A stretch of 32,000 nt of DNA, from assembly GCF_000023205.1 (NCBI RefSeq), contig NC_012803.1, positions 600,001 through 632,000 on the forward strand. Direction: 5' to 3'. The notes beneath the pieces were generated by a model, which ran no database searches, was not told the DNA's origin, and saw only the letters and a list, made by a program, of their open reading frames with translations. The stretch is from Micrococcus luteus NCTC 2665. GTDB lineage: Bacteria > Actinomycetota > Actinomycetes > Actinomycetales > Micrococcaceae. A program made the position numbers and the translations under genes. Shown piece after piece: positions 26,774-32,000 of the stretch (its first letter is position 1; every line of letters begins with the position of its first letter).

Positions 26774-27594
26774 CCCCCCGCCGCGTGCTGTTCGTCCTGG
26801 CGCGGGACCCGCTGGCGGTGCGCACCGGCCGCACGGCCGTGCTGGAGACCGCCGTCCAGAGCCTCGTAGACGCCGGCCACGAGGTGACCGTCGCTGCCGT
26901 CGCCTCGGGCGATCCGGGCACCTGGATGGGCCTTCCGCTGCACCGGGTGAGCCCGCCGGGCCTCGCCGCGCTGCCGTTCCGGGTGGTCGCGGGCACCGCA
27001 CGACTGCACGCGCTCAACGAGGCCGTGCTGAACGGGGCCGGGGTGCGCCGCGCCGTGGCCGCGCTGGCGGCGGACGCGCCGAACGTGGTGTGGGCGGTGG
27101 ACTTCCAGTTCGACGCCGACGAGCACGGACGACCGATCAAGATCTGCTCGATCGTCGACGAACACACCCGGGAGTGCATCGGCGGGCTCGTGGAGCGCTC
27201 GATTACCGCCGACCGACTCACCGCCCACCTCGAGGACCTCGTCGCCGCCCGGGGCGCCCCGGCGGTGCTCAGGTCGGACAACGGGCCGGAGTTCATCAGC
27301 GAGGCGATGGCCGACTGGGCCGGCACCCGCACCGGCCTGTCCTACATCCCTCCGGGCTCGCCGTGGCGCAACGGGTACGTCGAGTCGTTCAACAGCCGGA
27401 TCCGCGACGAGTGCCTCAACATCAACAGCTTCTACTCGCTGCTGCACGCACAGGTCATCATCGGCGACTGGAAGGACGAGTACAACCACCACCGCCGGCA
27501 CTCCTCGCTCGGCTACCTAACCCCAGCCGAGTACGCTCGGCAGTGCACCCATCAAATGGAAACCGACGACTCACAGAACGTCCGGACCGAATGA
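26770..27594 (+). pseudogene. Chimeric ORF: N-terminal ~103 aa of a glycosyltransferase (paralog of 29006-30304) fused in frame to the C-terminal ~170 aa of an IS3-family OrfB transposase
   Basis: Residues 5-107 align at roughly 55-60% identity (manual alignment) with the N-terminus of the 29006 GT. From about codon 104 (APNVVWAVDFQFD…) the sequence is an rve/integrase core. The ATG overlaps the upstream GT4 TGA (ATGA). Confidence 0.8.
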
Positions 27595-27607
27595 AGGGGG
27601 CGGCTCA
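27079..27607 (+). mobile_element. IS3-family insertion-sequence remnant (3' part of orfB plus probable right terminus); 5' part (IRL, orfA, start of orfB) missing
   Basis: The sequence is PNVVWAVDF…IVDEHTRECIG…LRSDNGPEF…PGSPWRNGYVESFNSRIRDECLN…YNHHRRHSSLGYLTPAEYA. The catalytic spacing is D-59-D-35-E. The stop is at 27592-27594. It is followed by AAGGGGGCGGCTCA, ending at 27607, which resembles the …GGGGGCAGGTCA-type right ends of IS407-group elements (from memory, low certainty). Confidence 0.75.
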
Positions 27608-27908
27608 TGTGCACCCCGGACTTCGTTGCTCGCCGTGAGTTGAAGCGTTGTCGTGTGGGCCGAGCAAAGGTCTAAGCTGTAGCGGGACAGCGGGGCGCCG
27701 CCTGTGAAGACCATATGGATATGATTCAATAGTCCTTCGATGGTTTCCGCCCACACGGGGTGTGGCAGGCTCGTGACGCGTCATAAGGCATCGCGTTGCC
27801 CACGATGTTGGTCGGTTCACCTAGTTACGCAGAATCGCGCGGATGACACTGTCGGCCATGTCACAGAAGTGGGTCGGGTCGCGCCAGGACTAATCGAGGA
27901 GTTCTGAG

Positions 27909-28910
27909 ATGACGGAAAAGCGTGTTGCCCAGGATGGTGGGCCCGGTTCCACGTGGCTTGTGACCGGCGGCGCCGGTTACATCGGCGCCCATGTGGTGCG
28001 CGCGTTCCAAGCGGCAGGAATGGATTGCGTCGTCGTGGATGACCTGTCCACTGGCCACGCCGAGTTCGTCCCGTCGGATGTGCCCTTCCTGCGGGGCGAC
28101 ATCTGCGAAACCGCTGCCCTCGCCGCATTCATGCGCTCGCACAACGTCGGCGGCGTCGTGCACGTAGCAGGCTTCAAATTCGCCGGCGTCTCCGTGGAGC
28201 GTCCCCTGATCACGTACCGAGCTAACGTCCAGGGGGTCGTGAGCGTGCTGGAGGCCATGGAGGCCGTGGGTGCCCGCCTGATGGTGTTCTCCTCGTCTGC
28301 GGCCACGTACGGCTCCCCGACGACGCCCCTCGTCACCGAAGATACGGAGACACATCCGGAGTCGCCCTACGGCGAATCGAAGCTGATCGGCGAATGGCTG
28401 ATGGCTGACCAGGCGCGCGCGACGGGCCTGCGGCACACGAGCCTGCGCTACTTCAACGTCGTCGGCTCGGGCCACCCGGACATCTACGACTCCAGCGCGC
28501 ACAACCTCTTCCCGCTGGTCCTGAAGGCCCTCGCCGACGGTGCCACACCGGTGATCTTCGGGGACGACTACCCCACTGAGGACGGAACATGCGTCCGGGA
28601 CTACGTCCACGTGCAGGACATAGCGCAGGCCCACGTCGTCGCAGCACGGGCACTTCGAGACGGTGTGCGACTGCACCCGGTCTACAATCTGGGGTCCGGG
28701 GACGGAACCTCCGTCCGCCAGATCATGGACGCCATGAGCCGCGTGACGGGCACCCCGTTCGTCCCTGAGGTGCGGGCGCGGCGCCCTGGCGACCCTGCCC
28801 GCATCGTCGCGGACGGGACACGGGCCGCGCGGGACCTCGACTGGCGTATGCGGTACTCGCTGGACGAGATGGTGCGGAGCGCGGTGCGCGTTGCGGATCA
28901 CTCCCGCTGA
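27909..28910 (+). CDS. galE: UDP-glucose 4-epimerase
   Basis: GAGGAG lies 8 nt upstream of the ATG. The motifs are LVTGGAGYIGAHV, SSSAATYG, the catalytic YGESK, LRYFNVVG, VRDYVHV and NLGSG. Confidence 0.92.
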   Translation: MTEKRVAQDGGPGSTWLVTGGAGYIGAHVVRAFQAAGMDCVVVDDLSTGHAEFVPSDVPFLRGDICETAALAAFMRSHNVGGVVHVAGFKFAGVSVERPLITYRANVQGVVSVLEAMEAVGARLMVFSSSAATYGSPTTPLVTEDTETHPESPYGESKLIGEWLMADQARATGLRHTSLRYFNVVGSGHPDIYDSSAHNLFPLVLKALADGATPVIFGDDYPTEDGTCVRDYVHVQDIAQAHVVAARALRDGVRLHPVYNLGSGDGTSVRQIMDAMSRVTGTPFVPEVRARRPGDPARIVADGTRAARDLDWRMRYSLDEMVRSAVRVADHSR

Positions 28911-29005
28911 CACCCGTGGGGTGAAGTTGTTCCGTATCGTTCTACAGACCGCGTGTCAGTGACGCGCGGCGCAAGCTGAGTCGTGATGAGGGACGGTGGA
29001 GAGCG

Positions 29006-30304
29006 GTGAGTGATGGTTCTGCTGGGACAACACCTTTCAGGGTGCTGTTCCTGTTGGCGCGAGACCCGCTGGCGTCCCGGACAGGACGCATCGCCGTCCT
29101 CGAGACCGGCGTCAGCGGACTGGTGGAGGCGGGCCATGACGTCACCGTCGCGACCATCTCCGAGGGCGAGTCGGGGGACTGGCTCGGACGGCCCCTGACG
29201 CGCATCGCTCCGCCTCGGCTGGCTGGGCTCCCTCTCAGCGTCCTGGGTCATCTCGCCCGGCGACACTCCCTGAACGAGGCCGTGCTCGACGGCCGGAGGG
29301 TGCGGCACGAGGTGCGTCGCACGGTGAGGCATGTGCGTCCGGACGTCGTCGTCGGGGACGGCATCCGGACCTGGCCCCTCCTTGAGGACGTCCGGGTGCC
29401 GACCGTCCTGCACCTGGATGACCTCCTCTCCGACCGCTACCGCTCCGCGGCCTTCAAGGACGGCAACGACTCCGTGCTCGGCTACTACGGCGAGCGACTC
29501 CCCGGCGCCGTGCGGGGGGCCGCCGAACGTGCCGCCCACCGCGCGCTTACCCTGGAGGGAAGGCTGGTGCACCGGCGTGAGATCGCCGCCGCGCGGGCCT
29601 GCACTGTGCCCGCCATGACGTCCCGCACCGAGGCGCGGATCCTGCGGGACCGTGCCGGGTGCCCGGTCGTGGACCTGCCCATGGCCGTGGACACGCGCAC
29701 GCCCGGCACACCGTCCGAGGCGCCGGCCGGTTCCTTCGCCTTCCTCGGCGTCCTTCACTACGGGCCCAACCTCGTAGCACTGCGCCACCTGCGGGACGAG
29801 GTCATCCCCGCCGCGCGGGCCCGTGGGCTCGACCTCAGCGTCACGGCCTACGGCAAGGGGGCCGACGACCTGCGGGACGAGTTCCCTGGCTCCACGGGCG
29901 TGATTCTCGCCGGGTACGTGGACGGCCTCGGTGAGGCCCTGCGACAGCACCGCGGGTTCCTGTCCCCGGTGCTCTCCGGTGCGGGGGTCAAGACCAAGGT
30001 GCTGGACGCCATGAGTGTGGGTCTGCCCGTCGCCGCGACGCCGCTAGGTGTGGAGGGAATCCCTGTCACGGCAGGGGTGGACGCCCTGGTGGGGGACACT
30101 ACGGAGGAGCTCGTCGAACACATCCGCGCTCTCATGGAGCAGCCGGAGCGCGCGGACCGGATCGGCCGGGCAGGATGGGAGCTGCTGCGGACGACGCTCT
30201 CCGCGCAGCGGGTGCGGAGCGCATGGGACGATGCTGTCAGGAGCGCGGTTCGCCATGGGCCCGCCACCGACCGGCCCGGCGCGGTACCGCGGCCCAGAGC
30301 ATAA
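29006..30304 (+). CDS. glycosyltransferase (GT4/GT1-fold), full-length paralog of the truncated gene at 26770
   Basis: This is a 432-aa ORF with a GTG start. Its N-terminus RVLFLLARDPLASRTGRIAVLETGV is shared with the 26770 ORF. The C-terminal part PVLSGAGVKTKVLDAMSVGLPVAATPLGVEG is typical of the Glyco_trans_1 C-domain. Confidence 0.8.
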   Translation: MSDGSAGTTPFRVLFLLARDPLASRTGRIAVLETGVSGLVEAGHDVTVATISEGESGDWLGRPLTRIAPPRLAGLPLSVLGHLARRHSLNEAVLDGRRVRHEVRRTVRHVRPDVVVGDGIRTWPLLEDVRVPTVLHLDDLLSDRYRSAAFKDGNDSVLGYYGERLPGAVRGAAERAAHRALTLEGRLVHRREIAAARACTVPAMTSRTEARILRDRAGCPVVDLPMAVDTRTPGTPSEAPAGSFAFLGVLHYGPNLVALRHLRDEVIPAARARGLDLSVTAYGKGADDLRDEFPGSTGVILAGYVDGLGEALRQHRGFLSPVLSGAGVKTKVLDAMSVGLPVAATPLGVEGIPVTAGVDALVGDTTEELVEHIRALMEQPERADRIGRAGWELLRTTLSAQRVRSAWDDAVRSAVRHGPATDRPGAVPRPRA

Positions 30305-30315
30305 AGGAACCCACG

Positions 30316-31257
30316 ATGACCTCACCGCTCACCGACGTCACCGACCTCCTGACCCGACGTCCACTGGGCTCCGAGCTCCAGGCGTCCGGCCTCGGGGTAG
30401 GCACCGCACGGCTCGGCGCCTTCTGGCAGGGCCGTGGTGTGCGCGAGGGGGCCCGCACCCTCGAGGCTGCCCTGGACCTGGGGGTGACCCTGGTGGACAC
30501 CGCCGACGTCTACGCCCGGGGGATCGCTGAGCGGCTCGTGGGCCGTGCTGTTGCCACCCGGCCCGATGTCGCTGTGATGACCAAAGCGGGGCTGCTGAAG
30601 ACCCCGCAGGCACTGGTGGCGGCATCCCGTGCAACCGGCACCCGGCCGTCGCCGTCCGGGCTCAAGACCTCGGCCGCGGCGGGTCGCTGCTTCCACCCCG
30701 GGTACCTGCGCTGGGCCCTGGAGGGCTCGCTCCGGCGGCTGCGGATGGAGCACATCCCCGTCTACCTCCTCCACGAGCCGGAGCTCTCCGACGTGCAGGA
30801 CCCTCAGGTGGTGGAGGCCATGACGGGGTTCGTCCGCGAGGGCCTCGTCGGGGCCTGGGGGGTGTCCACCCCGGACCCCCAGGTGGCCGTGGCGGCGCTC
30901 GACCTGCCTGGCACTCCGTGGGTGCAGGCGCTCGCCGGGCCGGACCACGCCGCGCTGGCGGACCGGCTCACGGAGCATCCCCGCCGGGGCCAGGCGGTGC
31001 TGGTCGGCATCGGCGCCCTCGGAGACGGCGCCCTCGTCCCTGAGCTCGCGGAGCGGACCGGTCTGCCCGGGTCCGACGTGGTGGTGTCTCTGCTGGACCG
31101 GGCCATCGTCCGAATGCGGCCGGACGCCGTGCTGCTCGGTATGAGCACCGCCGAGCACGCTGTCCGCAATCTCGCGCGCCTGCGGGCGGGGGCGCCGCTG
31201 CTGGACGGCCCCACCCTCGAACGCCTGCTCACCCCCGGAGAGGAGCCCACCGCATGA
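30316..31257 (+). CDS. aldo/keto reductase family oxidoreductase
   Basis: ATG at 30316 follows AAAGGAA. The sequence GVTLVDTADVYARGIAERLVG carries the catalytic Asp and Tyr. VMTKAG carries the Lys and YLLHEP the His. The protein is 313 aa. Confidence 0.8.
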   Translation: MTSPLTDVTDLLTRRPLGSELQASGLGVGTARLGAFWQGRGVREGARTLEAALDLGVTLVDTADVYARGIAERLVGRAVATRPDVAVMTKAGLLKTPQALVAASRATGTRPSPSGLKTSAAAGRCFHPGYLRWALEGSLRRLRMEHIPVYLLHEPELSDVQDPQVVEAMTGFVREGLVGAWGVSTPDPQVAVAALDLPGTPWVQALAGPDHAALADRLTEHPRRGQAVLVGIGALGDGALVPELAERTGLPGSDVVVSLLDRAIVRMRPDAVLLGMSTAEHAVRNLARLRAGAPLLDGPTLERLLTPGEEPTA

Positions 31258-31999
31258 GCACCCTGGACGCACGCACCCTGCCCGTCGGCGCCCACCTGAG
31301 CGCCGACGTCGTGGTGATCGGCACGGGCCCCTCCGGGATGACCGTGGCCCGTGAGCTCGCCGACACCGGCCGGGACATCCTGCTGCTCGAAGGTGGTTCC
31401 CTGGACGTGGACGCGGAGCTGCAGGACACCCTGAAGGGGGATGCACACTCGCAGCGCGCCGAGCCGCTGGAGAAGGCCCGGCAGAAGGGCCTGGGCGGGG
31501 CGAGTCATCAGTGGGGCGGGCGCACCGCGCCGTTCTCCCCCCTGGACTTCGAGGCTCGCCCCGGGCTCGGCATCCCGGAGCCCTGGTCCTTCAGCCGGCA
31601 GGACCTGGAGCCGTACTACCGCCGGGCCGCCCAGGCGCTCGACCTGCGCCGCTACGAGTGGGACGCCGCGACCGCCCTCCCGGGGGACCCGGAGCACCTG
31701 CTCGGGCGAGGCCAGGACATCGTGGAGGACACCGGACTGTGGCGCTTCTCCCCGCCGGTGCGCTTCGGGGACGTCTACCGCCGCGAGCTGGACCACCGTG
31801 CCAACCTGCGCCTGCTGCATCACGCCAACGTCGTGCGCCTGGTGGCGGAGGAGCGTGCGGACGCCGGAGACGCCGAGGTCACGCAGGTCGTGGCCGCCTC
31901 CGCCCCCGGCCGGACCTTCACGGTGACCGGCCGGATCGTGGTGGTGGCGGCCGGTGGCCTGGAGTCGGCGCGCCTCCTGCTGCACTCGGAGGTCGGGAC
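31254..31999 (+). CDS. GMC-family FAD-dependent oxidoreductase, 5' part (runs off the right edge)
   Basis: This ORF is not in the track because it has no stop inside the window. I translated frame 3 by hand from ATG 31254 and it stays open to the end. The sequence includes DVVVIGTGPSGMTVARELADTGRDILLLEGG (the FAD GxGxxG motif), GGASHQWGGR and VVVAAGGLESARLLL. The ATG overlaps the AKR TGA (ATGA). Confidence 0.8.
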   Translation, partial: MSTLDARTLPVGAHLSADVVVIGTGPSGMTVARELADTGRDILLLEGGSLDVDAELQDTLKGDAHSQRAEPLEKARQKGLGGASHQWGGRTAPFSPLDFEARPGLGIPEPWSFSRQDLEPYYRRAAQALDLRRYEWDAATALPGDPEHLLGRGQDIVEDTGLWRFSPPVRFGDVYRRELDHRANLRLLHHANVVRLVAEERADAGDAEVTQVVAASAPGRTFTVTGRIVVVAAGGLESARLLLHSEVG

Positions 32000-32000
32000 T

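Noticed and set aside
27571-27820. Small minus-strand ORFs (61 and 71 aa) in the low-G+C spacer after the IS remnant.
   Set aside because: They have no RBS, no codon bias and no recognisable motifs, and they overlap the putative IS terminus.
1-31999. A scan for CRISPR arrays, tRNA/rRNA genes, prophage or integrase genes, toxin-antitoxin pairs, and defence-system hallmarks (nucleases, methyltransferases, STAND/AAA ATPases).
   Set aside because: I noticed no periodic repeat-spacer structure, no cloverleaf-like conserved tRNA boxes and no such protein motifs in any supported ORF. The only mobile-element signal is the IS3 remnant at 27079-27607. This was a visual scan, so short or degenerate elements could have been missed.

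Overview
High-G+C actinobacterial chromosomal DNA, possibly Micrococcales-like (a guess from composition and protein sequences only). The window holds about 28 protein-coding genes. I saw no rRNA, tRNA or CRISPR array. The left two-thirds is a housekeeping backbone. It contains rplY(ctc)-pth, then mfd. It also contains deoC, a PmmB-like phospho-sugar mutase and punA, a cysteine-less LpdA-like flavoprotein, and a DUF885, maf and accA3-like biotin carboxylase block. As I recall, the local order resembles M. tuberculosis Rv3303c-Rv3308 and Rv3282-Rv3285. This backbone is interrupted by small inserts, and the last ~7 kb (24.7 kb to the end) is an accessory glycan-type island. The island encodes an SGNH hydrolase, three GT4-type glycosyltransferases (one truncated), galE, an aldo/keto reductase and a GMC oxidoreductase, and it carries an IS3-family transposase remnant. 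The candidates most worth a second look are listed here. (1) An orphan gene fusing an HprK-like P-loop kinase to a C-terminal PqqD/RRE-like peptide-binding domain (164-1303). (2) An in-frame chimera of a glycosyltransferase N-terminus with a transposase core that keeps a complete DD(35)E triad (26770-27594). (3) A translationally coupled AKR-GMC oxidoreductase pair inside the glycan island, which could be a two-step oxidation/reduction sugar-modifying module (30316 to the end). (4) A MauE/DoxX-thioredoxin fusion overlapping the mfd start codon. (5) An 18-bp perfect hairpin that covers the start codon of an acyltransferase. The ORF track also shows many very long antisense or out-of-frame ORFs. 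These are the usual high-GC artefacts and are listed as rejected. All family assignments come from motifs I recognised by eye, and no searches were run.
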